64,000 bases of DNA from an uncultured Duncaniella sp. GTDB lineage: Bacteria; Bacteroidota; Bacteroidia; Bacteroidales; Muribaculaceae. The stretch is taken from contig CAJUIX010000014.1 of assembly GCA_910586665.1 (NCBI GenBank), positions 19,726 to 83,725 on the forward strand, in the 5' to 3' direction. The position numbers and the translations under genes were made by a program. Positions 28,596 through 39,469 of this stretch are shown here, in pieces; within the stretch, counting starts at the first letter, position 1, and every line of letters begins with the position of its first letter. The notes under the pieces are model-generated. The model saw nothing but the letters and a program-made list of their open reading frames with translations. It was not told the origin of the DNA and did no database searches.

Positions 28596-31061
28596 CTAAT
28601 TTACAACCAAAATTTTAGCAACGACATCGCCTTGGGAGTCATAATCGCCGCTTGCGGATGCGAGGACGTAGTAGACGCCGCTCTTCACCCTCACACCGTT
28701 GAGCGTGCAGCCGTCCCAGAGGGCCATGCCTCCCTCGGAAGTAGTCTGATAGACGAGGTGCATGCCAGCATCCATGATTTTGACCAGTGAGGAGTCGACG
28801 AGGCCGCGTATGGTTATCATGCCGGTGAAGTCAGGGCCCACTGGGTTGGGGTAGGCGTAGACGTCGGAGTAGTCCGGGCGGCCGGGTGAGGCTGTCGAGG
28901 AGTATTCATAGAGTCCGTTGAGGGTCGAGATGAAGACGGAGCTTGAATTTGGGTCGACATAGAGGCCGGTGATAGTGTTGGTGGAGAGCGGGGAGTTGGT
29001 GGTGTTGAAGTTGGCTATGATTTCGTCGCCGTTCTCGCTGACGAGGTACAGGCCTGAGTCGGCGGTGCCTATCCACTTGCGGTTCGAGGCATCGACGGCG
29101 ATGCAGTAGACTGTCTCGCTCTCAAGGAGATAGTCGGCGAGGTTGGTCCCATCGTTGCGGGGCACTTTCAGTCGGCGGATGCGGAAGTCGGAGCTGAATA
29201 CTTCGGTAGGGCGGGTGATTTCAAAGGGGCCCTGGGTGGTGCCGGCCCACACGCGCCCGTCCTTGTCCTCGGTGAAACAGAGAATCAGGTTGGGGTTGAA
29301 TATCATGCCGTCCTGGTCGGTCATGGTTGTGACTTCGAGTGTGCGGTCGTCGGCGGGGTCGGTTATTGTCCCTGCATGGTATATGGCTGTGAAGCCATTG
29401 TTGTAGTTGGCGTCGAGCAGAAAGATGATGGGCGACTGTTTCGCAAGGAGGAAATTGATGTCGCGCTTGCTGATGACGCTGCCGGTGTTGAGTCCGACCC
29501 AGTCCTCCCTACTGATTGTCGACGGGTCCTGGCGGCGCTTGTCGGCAGGGAGGATTATGAGGGCGGGGTTGGAGGTGTTGCCTGTATAGACGCCGATGAG
29601 TAGGTTGCCCTTGTCGTCAATCTGCCCGGAGCAGATTCGCCAGGGGGCATAGTTGCCGTTGCGGTTAATCAGCGAGTTAGCATCGTCGAAGTGGCCTATC
29701 TCCTTTCCGTCCTTGATGACATAGAGTCCGTCGCTGCCGCTGCCTATATAGTGGATTGACGGGTCATCCGGGTCTTCGATTGCGAATGTGGGGGAGAAAA
29801 TGTGCGGTCCCTGGATTGCTTCCTGTTCCTTCGAGGGTGACGACTGGATTGTCAGCGGAGGATTGACCTCTATGTCGGAGATGTTGCCTCCCTCGACGGT
29901 GTTACCAGTGAAAGGGACATCGTAGCGGTCACCTTTGACGGCATAGCCGTCGCTCAGGCCGCGGTTGGCTACGATGAAGCCCCTCTCGTCGGGGAGGGGG
30001 TAGATGTTTGATATGTCGGAGAAGGTGGTCGCGTCGGCGGGGCGCCACTTGTCGCTGAGGACGGTCAGCGAACAGCTGTCCTCTATCTTATAGTGTCCCA
30101 GGCCATTGATGTCGGCGCCCCAGACAGATTGCAGGCCGTCGGCCGATGCGAGAATATGGTCTTTCAGCGGTGCAGGGATGGCGGCGGCCATTGACTGGTT
30201 CCAGGGAGCGGCGACATGGTAGAGCTTGTCCCCGCTGACGGCAAAGGCGCCGTCGGATGTGGGGAAAATCTGGCTCACATCCGTAATTTTTTCGTCCGAT
30301 GCTCCTGCGTAGGCCGCTTTCGGGGCCACGGTGATATTGTAGGCCTTGCGGTTGGTGCCGCGCATGATGAAGCTGCGGCCCGCGTCGGCTGTCCCGGCGG
30401 CGAGGTCGATGAACGACGAGGGGCGTGCGGGCAGGTGGAGCAGACGGGTGAACTTGTCGATGAGGTTGACGCGGGTGCCCTTGGGGGCGGTGGCGAAGCG
30501 GAACACCCAGTCGGCAGGACTGTAGACAATCAGGATATTGTCGGGGGTCAGCAGCACATGCGAGACGGAGGTGTTGTAGATTCCCGACTGCTCTACCTCG
30601 TAGCTCCCTTCCTTGTAGATGACGAGACCGAAGGTGGTGGCGACGTAGATGTTGTTCTCATCGAAGGCCACGTCGTTGATGCCGCGCAGGGTCGTGACGT
30701 TGGCATCGCGGATGTCGGGGAGGTTGATGCGCTCGCCGCCGTCGTCGGGGATGATGTCGATATTGGCGTCCTCGAAGGCCACGAGCAGGTAGCGCTTGTC
30801 GGCGTTATAGAAAATATCCTTCACGCGGTTGCCCGAGAGGTCGACCCGCGGCTCGAAAATGCGTGTCTCGTCGTTGTCTTTGTCGTAGGAGTAGAGGGTG
30901 CCGCAAGTGGCGGTGTAGACATGGCGGGGGGTCTCGATGATTTTGTCGATTTTCCCGAAGGCGGGATAGACCTTCCAGGTCCCGGTGGCGAGCTGGGCCG
31001 TCGACGCCAGGGGCACGAGGGCGAGCAGCGCGATGATAAGTTTATTTAAAAGAGTGGTCAT
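28596..31061 (-). CDS. porZ: Type IX secretion system protein PorZ (beta-propellers + CTD)
   Basis: Signal peptide; [36 protein letters not shown]-terminal [20 protein letters not shown]. Confidence 0.85.
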   Translation of the reverse strand: MTTLLNKLIIALLALVPLASTAQLATGTWKVYPAFGKIDKIIETPRHVYTATCGTLYSYDKDNDETRIFEPRVDLSGNRVKDIFYNADKRYLLVAFEDANIDIIPDDGGERINLPDIRDANVTTLRGINDVAFDENNIYVATTFGLVIYKEGSYEVEQSGIYNTSVSHVLLTPDNILIVYSPADWVFRFATAPKGTRVNLIDKFTRLLHLPARPSSFIDLAAGTADAGRSFIMRGTNRKAYNITVAPKAAYAGASDEKITDVSQIFPTSDGAFAVSGDKLYHVAAPWNQSMAAAIPAPLKDHILASADGLQSVWGADINGLGHYKIEDSCSLTVLSDKWRPADATTFSDISNIYPLPDERGFIVANRGLSDGYAVKGDRYDVPFTGNTVEGGNISDIEVNPPLTIQSSPSKEQEAIQGPHIFSPTFAIEDPDDPSIHYIGSGSDGLYVIKDGKEIGHFDDANSLINRNGNYAPWRICSGQIDDKGNLLIGVYTGNTSNPALIILPADKRRQDPSTISREDWVGLNTGSVISKRDINFLLAKQSPIIFLLDANYNNGFTAIYHAGTITDPADDRTLEVTTMTDQDGMIFNPNLILCFTEDKDGRVWAGTTQGPFEITRPTEVFSSDFRIRRLKVPRNDGTNLADYLLESETVYCIAVDASNRKWIGTADSGLYLVSENGDEIIANFNTTNSPLSTNTITGLYVDPNSSSVFISTLNGLYEYSSTASPGRPDYSDVYAYPNPVGPDFTGMITIRGLVDSSLVKIMDAGMHLVYQTTSEGGMALWDGCTLNGVRVKSGVYYVLASASGDYDSQGDVVAKILVVN

Positions 31062-31636
31062 TGGAGAGTAAGATAGTTCATGAGTTTGGCGGTGGCGCGT
31101 CCGCGGTGGCTGATTCTGTTCTTGTCGTCAGCGGACATCTCTGCAAAGCTTGTTTCGGACTCGAGGGGGCGGAACACCGGGTCGTAGCCGAAGCCGGCGC
31201 TGCCGTGGGCCTCGGTGAGGATTTCACCCTCCACCCGTCCCTCGAAAGTAAGTTCCTTCCCGTTTAGGATGAGGGCTATGACGGTGACAAAGCGGGCGCG
31301 CCGGTCAGCACGGCCTTCGAGATTTTTGAGCAGCAGGGCCATGTTGGCCGCGCTGTCGTGGCCGGGGCCTGCATAGCGTGCGGAGTAGACTCCGGGGGCG
31401 CCGTCGAGGGCGTCGACCATGAGGCCGGTGTCGTCGGCGAAGCAGTCGTAGCCGTAATGCTCCTTGACATATCTGGCCTTCATGAGCGCGTTGCCTTCGA
31501 GTGTGTCGGCAGTCTCGGGTATATCCTCCTCGCAGCCAATTTCTTTGAGCGAGAGGATGCGGAAATCATCGCCGACAATGCGGCGGATCTCTTCAAGCTT
31601 GTGGGCGTTATTTGTCGCGAATACTATATCTTGCAT
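31058..31636 (-). CDS. rdgB: Non-canonical purine NTP pyrophosphatase (HAM1 family)
   Basis: [30 protein letters not shown]. Confidence 0.95.
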   Translation of the reverse strand: MQDIVFATNNAHKLEEIRRIVGDDFRILSLKEIGCEEDIPETADTLEGNALMKARYVKEHYGYDCFADDTGLMVDALDGAPGVYSARYAGPGHDSAANMALLLKNLEGRADRRARFVTVIALILNGKELTFEGRVEGEILTEAHGSAGFGYDPVFRPLESETSFAEMSADDKNRISHRGRATAKLMNYLTLQ

Positions 31637-31684
31637 ATTAGTTATTAACGGTTTCGCGGGATGATTATTGCATTTAGTTGATGT

Positions 31685-31712
31685 TGTAGGGGCGCGGCGC
31701 CGCGTCCCTACA
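31685..31712. repeat. Collapsed palindromic GTAG-type REP doublet
   Basis: TGTAGGGGCGCGGCGCCGCGTCCCTACA, a 28-bp palindrome with one G-T pair. Confidence 0.75.
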
Positions 31713-31872
31713 GATTTCCTTGTGGGGTTTGCAATTGTAAATTTCGGTTTGGTTTGAATTTCAGGTCAATGGGGCGGTGTTGATAATTTCTGAAAAAAAG
31801 TGGCGATTTTTTGCTGTTTAGTTTTGCAAATTTTTGTAATTTTACACCCCATTATATATTCTTTTTCAATCT

Positions 31873-32787
31873 ATGTCAGAAGAAGTTTACCACATCCCCG
31901 CCCTTCTCTCCGAGACTATTGATGCTCTTGACGTCCGTCCCGGTGGGATTTATGTCGATGCCACCTTTGGCGGCGGCGGTCATTCGCGTGCCATCATGGA
32001 ACGTCTCGACGCATCGGCTGGTGGGCATCTCTACTCTTTTGACCAGGATGAGGACGCCGTGAAGCGCGCCCCGGCCGACGACCGCTTTACAATCGTGTAC
32101 TCCAACTTCAGGTTTATCACGAACTTCATGCGCTTCTACGATGTCGACGCTGTCGACGGCGTCCTGGCCGACCTCGGGGTCTCCTTCCACCACTTCGACG
32201 ACTCAGAGCGAGGCTTCTCCTTCCGCACCGACGGTCCCCTCGACATGAGGATGAACCGCCAGGCGCCCCGCTCGGCAGCCGACATTCTCAACGAATGGCC
32301 GGAGGAGAGGATTGCCGACATGCTCTATATCTACGGCGAGCTTAAGCAGAGCCGCGCTATGGCCCGCTCAATCGTCAAAGCCCGCTCTACCGCCAGTTTC
32401 GCCACTATCGGGCAGCTCGTCGAGGCCGTCAGGCCACACATCGACCCCCGCAAGGAGAAGAAGGAGCTTGCCCAGATATTCCAGGCACTGCGCATAGAGG
32501 TCAACGACGAGATGGGCGCGCTAAAGGAGCTGCTCGAAGGGGCGCTAAAGGTGCTCCGTCCGGGCGGACGCCTCGCCGTCATCACCTACCACAGCCTTGA
32601 AGACCGCCTCGTGAAAAATTTCATGAAGACCGGCAATTTCGAGGGCCGTGCCGAGAAGGATTTCTTCGGCAAGGTCAATGCCCCGATGAAGCCCCTCGGC
32701 AACAAACCGGTGGTCCCGGGCGCGGAGGAAGTGGACCGCAATCCCCGCTCGCGCAGCGCAAAACTGCGTGTGGCAGTGAAGCTATAG
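31873..32787 (+). CDS. rsmH: 16S rRNA m4C1402 methyltransferase
   Basis: YHIPALL, DATFGGGGHS, DLGVS, LDMRM, FQALRIEVNDE, YHSLEDR, NPRSRSAKLR. Confidence 0.97.
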   Translation: MSEEVYHIPALLSETIDALDVRPGGIYVDATFGGGGHSRAIMERLDASAGGHLYSFDQDEDAVKRAPADDRFTIVYSNFRFITNFMRFYDVDAVDGVLADLGVSFHHFDDSERGFSFRTDGPLDMRMNRQAPRSAADILNEWPEERIADMLYIYGELKQSRAMARSIVKARSTASFATIGQLVEAVRPHIDPRKEKKELAQIFQALRIEVNDEMGALKELLEGALKVLRPGGRLAVITYHSLEDRLVKNFMKTGNFEGRAEKDFFGKVNAPMKPLGNKPVVPGAEEVDRNPRSRSAKLRVAVKL

Positions 32788-32814
32788 TTTATAAACCAGT
32801 CTAAAATCTCAACC

Positions 32815-33156
32815 TTGGCTACAAAGACAGAAAAAAAATCAGGCCGCTCCTCGATGATACCCCGCTTGTTTCGCGGACAGGTGTTGTCGAGCGACTTCTT
32901 CGCCCGCCACTGGCTCCCGGTGGTGATAGGCGTGCTGGTGGCCATGATATATATCACTACAAAATACACCTGCCAGACCAACATGGAGAAAATCGCCGAG
33001 CTGGAACGCCGCCTGGAGATTGTCACCAACGAAAAATCCCGTGAGCGCAGCGCCTTCATGGGCCGCATCCGCGAGACCTCGATGCAGCAGCTGGTCGATT
33101 CGCTCCACCTCAATCTCAAAGTCCAGTCACAACCCCCCTATAAGATTCCGAAATAG
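32815..33156 (+). CDS. ftsL: FtsL-like cell division protein
   Basis: Position between rsmH and the PBP gene; single TM followed by a coiled coil; TTG start. Confidence 0.75.
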   Translation: MATKTEKKSGRSSMIPRLFRGQVLSSDFFARHWLPVVIGVLVAMIYITTKYTCQTNMEKIAELERRLEIVTNEKSRERSAFMGRIRETSMQQLVDSLHLNLKVQSQPPYKIPK

Positions 33157-35240
33157 TGAAAAAGGATAACCGCAGTCATATTCTTCTCCGCTACGGCGTG
33201 GTGATATTCCTCATCCTGCTTCTTACAGGGCGCATTGTCGTGAAGCTCTGCGAGACGACCGTCGTCAACGCCGACAAATGGAACGAGCGTGCCAACGAGC
33301 TTCTCTCGCAGACCAAGGTCATAGTCCCCGGCCGCGGCAACATCCTCGCCGCCGACGGGAGCGTGCTGGCCACGAATCTCAATTTCTACACCGCGCGCAT
33401 CGACTACCGAGCCGAGAAGTTCAACGAGAAGCTCTTCCGCGACACCATCGACCACCTTGCCGCGCGCATGGCCGAGAACTTCCCCGTGCGCGATGCTGCC
33501 GCATGGAAGAAGCACCTGCTGAAGCCACTCGACAAGGTGAGGGAGAAGCGCCCGCGCGCCTACAAGCTCATGTCTGGCCTCTCGCACAGCGACATGGAGC
33601 TGATGCGCACCTTCCCCTTCTTCAGCATCAAGAACCGCAACCGCACAGGCCTGACCTTTGAAAAATACATGCGCCGCTTCAATCCCTACGGCGACATGGC
33701 GCGCCGAAGCATCGGGGGCGTCGGCGAGACTACCGAGAGCAAGGAGATCCACGGCATCTCAGGCCTCGAAAAGGCCCTCGACTCGCTGCTCTATGGCAAG
33801 ATCGGCTACAGCAAGATGATCAATCTAACCAAGAAGATCACCGACTGGACCGACAAGCCCGCAATCCCCGGTAGCGACATCGTGACAACTATCGACATCA
33901 ACATGCAGGACATCGTCGAGAGCGAGCTTAACAACGTGCTCGACACCTGCGGCGCCGACTGGGGCGTCGCCGTGCTCATGGATGTGAAAAACGGCGACAT
34001 CAAGGCTATCTCCAACCTCGAGCGTAACCCCCGCGGGGCCGGCTACATCGAGGCCCGCAACCGTGCCGTCATGGGCTACGAGCCGGGCTCTGTCGTCAAG
34101 ACCCTCTCGATGATGATAGCCGTCGAGGACGGCATTGTCGACAACCTCGACGAGGTGCTCCCGACAGGTGGCGGCTGGGCCTACGCGGGAGGGCGCCCGA
34201 TTACCGACGCGCACCATTCCGTGTCAATCCGAGTGGGCGACGTGTTAGAGCAGTCGTCCAACATCGGCATGGCCCGCATCATAACCAAGAAATACAATGA
34301 CAATCCCGGAGCCTTCTACTCCCGCGTCAAGGCTCTCGGCTTCCTCGAGCCGATGAACACCGGCATAGCCGGCGAGGTGCCCCCGCGCTTCGACTCGATT
34401 GCCAGCGACCGAGGCGGCCGTATAGCTCTCTCTCGCATGAGCTACGGCTATGCCACCGAGATACCGCCGCTCTACACGCTCGCTATCTACAATGCTATCG
34501 CCAACGACGGTGTCTTCGTCCGTCCGCGCCTCGTCAAGCAGGTCAAGGGTGAGGTCGACTCCGTGCTCCCGGTGGGCTACATGGGCAACGGCCGCGCCTG
34601 CTCGCCGCGCACTGCCGGAATACTCCGACAGATGCTGACCAATGTCGTCTGGGGCGACCACGGCACGGGGCGCTTCCTGCGCAACAACACAGTCCGCATA
34701 GCCGGAAAGACAGGCACATGCTACATGATTGAGAACGGTGTCTACAACACTTCCAAAAAGCGCCTCGCCTTCTGCGGCTTCTTCCCCGCGGAGAATCCGA
34801 AATACTCCTGCGTGGTGCTGACCTGCCACCCGACCAAGAATTTTTTCGGCGCAGCGACCACTTCCGGCCAGGTGCTCCGCAACATAGCCCTGAAACTCTA
34901 CTCCCGCGGTATGCTCGACAACAGTTCGGACTATCACGACAACACTCCCTCTTCCGCCGGCCCGACATTCTATGCCTCCGCCACCGGGCGCCGGGCCTAT
35001 GATAAGGTCAAGGCAGAATTCGCCCTCCCGACTCAGCGCTCGCTGAAAGCTCCGTCGACCGTGGCCAAAGGGACTGTCCCCGATGTCAAGGGCTACAGTC
35101 TCCGCGAGGCCCTCGTGGCTCTCGAAAACCAGGGCTACAACGTCGGCTACACCGGCTCCGGCTTCGTGAGGTCGATGTCGCCCGGAGCCGGCTCGCGCGT
35201 GCCCCGCGGGACGAAAATCAGCCTCGTCCTCGCCAACTGA
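33156..35240 (+). CDS. ftsI: Class B PBP FtsI with C-terminal PASTA domain
   Basis: RGNI, GLEK, EPGSVVK (SxxK), SSN, KTGT; VPDVKG PASTA domain; dcw context. Confidence 0.92.
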   Translation: MKKDNRSHILLRYGVVIFLILLLTGRIVVKLCETTVVNADKWNERANELLSQTKVIVPGRGNILAADGSVLATNLNFYTARIDYRAEKFNEKLFRDTIDHLAARMAENFPVRDAAAWKKHLLKPLDKVREKRPRAYKLMSGLSHSDMELMRTFPFFSIKNRNRTGLTFEKYMRRFNPYGDMARRSIGGVGETTESKEIHGISGLEKALDSLLYGKIGYSKMINLTKKITDWTDKPAIPGSDIVTTIDINMQDIVESELNNVLDTCGADWGVAVLMDVKNGDIKAISNLERNPRGAGYIEARNRAVMGYEPGSVVKTLSMMIAVEDGIVDNLDEVLPTGGGWAYAGGRPITDAHHSVSIRVGDVLEQSSNIGMARIITKKYNDNPGAFYSRVKALGFLEPMNTGIAGEVPPRFDSIASDRGGRIALSRMSYGYATEIPPLYTLAIYNAIANDGVFVRPRLVKQVKGEVDSVLPVGYMGNGRACSPRTAGILRQMLTNVVWGDHGTGRFLRNNTVRIAGKTGTCYMIENGVYNTSKKRLAFCGFFPAENPKYSCVVLTCHPTKNFFGAATTSGQVLRNIALKLYSRGMLDNSSDYHDNTPSSAGPTFYASATGRRAYDKVKAEFALPTQRSLKAPSTVAKGTVPDVKGYSLREALVALENQGYNVGYTGSGFVRSMSPGAGSRVPRGTKISLVLAN

Positions 35241-35293
35241 CCCTCTCGCCTCAATGAAACAAAGTCTCTCACATAACACATATATATAATAAG

Positions 35294-36754
35294 GTGAAAA
35301 AACTACAAGAGCTTCTCTCTCCCCTCGACATAACAAAGCTTATCGGCAACGATGACAAGCAGATCACAGCCCTGACCTCCGACTCCCGCAAGGTGGAGCC
35401 GGGCACACTCTTTGTCGCCGTCCCGGGCGTGAGTGTCGACGGCCACAAGTTTATCCCTATGGCAGAGGAGAAGGGTGCTGTCGCGGTGGTCTGTCAGGAG
35501 CTTCCCTCCGACCTCTCCACCCATGTCACCTATATCGTCGTACCCTCCTCGGCGCTCGCCCTCGGCTACCTCGCCTCGCAGTGGTTCGACAATCCCTCGC
35601 GCAAGCTCAAGCTCGTCGGGGTCACCGGCACCAACGGTAAGACCACGACCGCCACGCTCATATATGAGATGTCGCGCCTGCTCGGCCACAAGGCCGGCCT
35701 CCTATCGACTGTTTGCAACTATGTGGACGACAAGGCCTACCCGACCGACCACACCACCCCCGACCCGATTACCCTCAACGAGATGCTCAGCCTCATGGTT
35801 GACGCCGGTTGTGAGTATGCGGCTATGGAGGTAAGCTCCCATGCGGCAGACCAGCAGCGCATAGCCGGCCTCCACTTCGTCGGCGGTGTCTTCACCAACC
35901 TCACCCGCGACCATCTCGACTATCATAAGACTTTCGAGGCTTATCTCGCCGCAAAGAAGAAGTTTTTCGACATGCTTCCGCGCGATGCCTTCGCCCTCAC
36001 CAATGCCGACGACAAGGTGGGCGAGGTGATGCTGCAGAACACCCGCGCCCACCGCTACACCTACTCCCTCCGCAGTGACGCAGACTTCCGCGGGCGCATC
36101 GTCGAGTCGCGTCTCGACGGCACACTCCTCTCGCTCAACGGCCGCGAGGTCGAGCTGCTCTTCACCGGCAAGTTCAATGCCTACAATCTCACCGCCGTCT
36201 ATGGCGCCTGTGTGCTCATGGGCTGGGACAAGGAGGAGGTGTTGCGCGAGATGTCGCGCCTCGTGCCGGTGGCAGGGCGTTTCCAGGCCTTCCACTCACC
36301 CAAGGGCTACACGGCCATTGTCGACTATGCCCACACGCCCGACGCCGTGGTCAATGTCCTCAACGCAATCCGCGAGGTCATCGGCAAGGAGGGCGAGATT
36401 ATTACCGTGGTAGGTGCCGGAGGCAACCGCGACAAGGGGAAGCGCCCCATTATGGCCCGCGAGGCTGCCGCGCGGAGCGAGAGAGTGATTCTCACCTCCG
36501 ACAATCCCCGCTTCGAGGAGCCTGAGGACATCCTCCGCGACATGGAGGCGGGGCTCGACGAGGAAGCGCGCACCCGCACCCTCCACATCACCGACCGCCG
36601 CGAGGCCATACGCACCGCCGCCGCCCTCGCCGGCAAGGGCACCGTGATTCTCATCGCCGGCAAGGGCCATGAGGACTATCAGGAAATCAAGGGTGTCAAG
36701 CACCACTTCGACGACCGCGAGGAGGTGCGTAAGCTGATTGAAAGCGGCTGTTAA
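35294..36754 (+). CDS. murE: UDP-MurNAc-dipeptide:meso-DAP ligase
   Basis: [28 protein letters not shown] (DAP-specific), AGKGHE. Confidence 0.96.
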   Translation: MKKLQELLSPLDITKLIGNDDKQITALTSDSRKVEPGTLFVAVPGVSVDGHKFIPMAEEKGAVAVVCQELPSDLSTHVTYIVVPSSALALGYLASQWFDNPSRKLKLVGVTGTNGKTTTATLIYEMSRLLGHKAGLLSTVCNYVDDKAYPTDHTTPDPITLNEMLSLMVDAGCEYAAMEVSSHAADQQRIAGLHFVGGVFTNLTRDHLDYHKTFEAYLAAKKKFFDMLPRDAFALTNADDKVGEVMLQNTRAHRYTYSLRSDADFRGRIVESRLDGTLLSLNGREVELLFTGKFNAYNLTAVYGACVLMGWDKEEVLREMSRLVPVAGRFQAFHSPKGYTAIVDYAHTPDAVVNVLNAIREVIGKEGEIITVVGAGGNRDKGKRPIMAREAAARSERVILTSDNPRFEEPEDILRDMEAGLDEEARTRTLHITDRREAIRTAAALAGKGTVILIAGKGHEDYQEIKGVKHHFDDREEVRKLIESGC

Positions 36755-36790
36755 ATATTAGCTAATTTTAACTTAATATCTTAAAGAGAA

Positions 36791-38056
36791 GTGCTTTACT
36801 ATCTTTTTGAACTATTACAGGAGTACAATTTCCCCGGCTCGCGCCTGATGAGCTACATCACTTTCCGCTCGGGTGCCGCGCTGTTGCTGTCACTGTTCAT
36901 CGCCCTCGTGTTCGGACGCAAGATTATTGACCGCCTGCAGCTCATGCAGGTCGGCGAGATAATCCGTGACCTCGGTCTCGAAGGACAGATGCAGAAGAAG
37001 GGCACGCCGACAATGGGTGGCGTGATTATAATCATCTCGATACTCATCCCCTGCCTACTGGTCGGTGACCTAAGCAACATATACATGCTGCTGATGCTGA
37101 TAGCCACAGTGTGGCTCGGCACTCTCGGTTTCTGCGACGACTACATCAAGGTGGCCCGTCACGACAAGGAGGGCATGAAGGGGAAGTTCAAGATTATCGG
37201 CCAGGTGGGTCTCGGACTTATCGTAGGTCTGACCATGTACTTTAGCCCCGACATCACCCAGCGCCAGGAATCCTCGGTAACTTATATGGCTGACAATGTG
37301 GAAGCCGTCTATGTCGACACCCCACAGGATGTAAAGTCGACCCAGACAACCATTCCCTTCGTCAAGAACAACAACTTTGACTATGCCTATCTCACCCAGT
37401 GGCTTGGCGACTATGCCCAGGCCGGAGGCTGGATTCTCTTTGTGCTCGTGGTGATAGTCGTAGTGGCCGCCACCAGTAACGGCGCCAATCTTACTGACGG
37501 TCTCGACGGCCTCTGTGCGGGTACCTCGGCCATAATCTGTGTCGCGCTCGCAATCATGGCCTATCTCGGCGGCAACGTCATCTACTCGACCTACCTCAAC
37601 ATCATGTATATCCCGCAGTCGTCGGAACTTGTGGTCTTCATGTCGGCCTTCATCGGCGCCCTCATAGGCTTCCTTTGGTACAATGCCTACCCCGCGCAGG
37701 TGTTTATGGGCGATACCGGCTCGCTCACCATCGGCGGTATCATAGCCGTTTTTGCAATCCTCATCCACAAGGAGCTGCTCATCCCCATCCTCTGCGCTAT
37801 CTTCTTCGTCGAGGACCTCTCGGTGATGATGCAGGTGGCCTATTTCAAGTACACCAAGCGCAAGTGTGGCCAGGGGCGCCGCATCTTCAAGATGACACCC
37901 CTCCACCACCACTTCCAGAAGCCGGGCAACTCGGGCATCGAGGCCCTCGTCCAGGCGCCTCTGCGTGCCATACCCGAGTCCAAGATTGTGACCCGCTTTT
38001 GGATTGTCGGGATCTTCCTCGCTGTAATAACATTTGTAACTCTCAAAATCAGGTAA
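36791..38056 (+). CDS. mraY: Phospho-MurNAc-pentapeptide transferase
   Basis: KGTPTMGG, DDY, NLTDGLDGL, FMGDTGS, PLHHH; multiple TM helices. Confidence 0.97.
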   Translation: MLYYLFELLQEYNFPGSRLMSYITFRSGAALLLSLFIALVFGRKIIDRLQLMQVGEIIRDLGLEGQMQKKGTPTMGGVIIIISILIPCLLVGDLSNIYMLLMLIATVWLGTLGFCDDYIKVARHDKEGMKGKFKIIGQVGLGLIVGLTMYFSPDITQRQESSVTYMADNVEAVYVDTPQDVKSTQTTIPFVKNNNFDYAYLTQWLGDYAQAGGWILFVLVVIVVVAATSNGANLTDGLDGLCAGTSAIICVALAIMAYLGGNVIYSTYLNIMYIPQSSELVVFMSAFIGALIGFLWYNAYPAQVFMGDTGSLTIGGIIAVFAILIHKELLIPILCAIFFVEDLSVMMQVAYFKYTKRKCGQGRRIFKMTPLHHHFQKPGNSGIEALVQAPLRAIPESKIVTRFWIVGIFLAVITFVTLKIR

Positions 38057-38091
38057 TAATCTGATTTATCATAATATAAATTCAGAATATA

Positions 38092-39441
38092 ATGTCAAGC
38101 AATCTCGTCATACTCGGCGGAGGTGAGAGCGGTGTCGGAGCCGCCATCCTCGGCAAGGAAAAAGGAATGAACGTGTTTTTGAGCGACTATGGCACCATAG
38201 CCGACAGCTATCGCCGCATCCTCGATGAAGAAGGCATCGAATGGGAGGACGGCCGCCACTCTATGGAGCGCATACTCGCTGCCGACGAGGTGGTCAAAAG
38301 CCCCGGTATCGCCCCGACGACCCCGGTCATGAAGGCGATAGCCGAGAAGGGGATACCCGTAATCTCCGAAATCGAATTTGCGGGCCGCTTCACGGACGCC
38401 AAGATGGTCTGCATCACCGGCAGCAACGGCAAGACCACGACAACGCTCCTGACCTACCACATACTCAAGAACGCGGGCATCAACGTGGGCCTCGCCGGCA
38501 ATGTCGGCAAGAGCCTGGCCCTCCAGGTGGCCCGCGAGAAGCACGATGTCTACGTCATAGAGCTTTCGAGCTTCCAGCTGGAGAACATGTATGACTTCCG
38601 GGCCAACATTGCCGTGATTCTCAACATCACTCCTGACCACCTCGATCGCTACGAATACAAGATGCAGAACTATATCAATGCCAAGTTCCGCATCCTCAAC
38701 AATCTAACACCGCAGGACGCCTTCATCTACTGGAAGGATGACCCTGTGATCAACGCCCAGCTCGAGCGCATACGCACCGAGGCGCGGATGTATCCTTTCG
38801 CAGAGCACTACGAGGATGGCTGCAACGCATGGGTCGACGACGAGGCCTCACTCATCATCGACACTCCCGCGACCTCCCTCCGTATGCCGCGTGCGGAGCT
38901 TTCGCTCAACGGCCTCCACAATCTCTACAATTCTATGGCCGCGGCTCTCTCGGCCTGCATCCTCGACATTGACAAGAAGGAAATCCGCGAGGCCCTCGGC
39001 GACTTCGAGGGAGTGGAGCACCGTCTCGAATACACCGCCACTGTCGACGGCGTGCGCTATATCAACGACTCGAAGGCCACCAATGTGAACTCCTGCTGGT
39101 ATGCCCTCGAATCCATGCCTGAGAACACCGTCCTGATTCTCGGCGGCAAGGACAAGGGCAATGACTACAGCGAGATTCTCCCCCTCGTCAAGGAGAAGGT
39201 CAAGGCGATAGTCTGCATGGGCAAGGACAACAGCAAGCTCCTCGACTTCTTCGGCAAGGAGGTGGCTGAAATCCACGACACCCATTCGATAGATGAGGCC
39301 GTGGCAGCAGCCCGCGCCGCCGCCCGTCCGGGCGACACCGTGCTCCTCTCGCCCTGCTGCGCGAGCTTCGATCTCTTCAGCAGCTACGAGGACCGCGGCC
39401 GCCAGTTCAAGGAGCGTGTCCGCAGCCTCCAGTCAAAGTAA
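38092..39441 (+). CDS. murD: UDP-MurNAc-L-Ala:D-Glu ligase
   Basis: SPGI, ITGSNGKTTT, ELSSFQL, NDSKATN, SPCCASFD. Confidence 0.97.
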   Translation: MSSNLVILGGGESGVGAAILGKEKGMNVFLSDYGTIADSYRRILDEEGIEWEDGRHSMERILAADEVVKSPGIAPTTPVMKAIAEKGIPVISEIEFAGRFTDAKMVCITGSNGKTTTTLLTYHILKNAGINVGLAGNVGKSLALQVAREKHDVYVIELSSFQLENMYDFRANIAVILNITPDHLDRYEYKMQNYINAKFRILNNLTPQDAFIYWKDDPVINAQLERIRTEARMYPFAEHYEDGCNAWVDDEASLIIDTPATSLRMPRAELSLNGLHNLYNSMAAALSACILDIDKKEIREALGDFEGVEHRLEYTATVDGVRYINDSKATNVNSCWYALESMPENTVLILGGKDKGNDYSEILPLVKEKVKAIVCMGKDNSKLLDFFGKEVAEIHDTHSIDEAVAAARAAARPGDTVLLSPCCASFDLFSSYEDRGRQFKERVRSLQSK

Positions 39442-39469
39442 TCGGAATACTCACCCTTAAACTGTTCAT

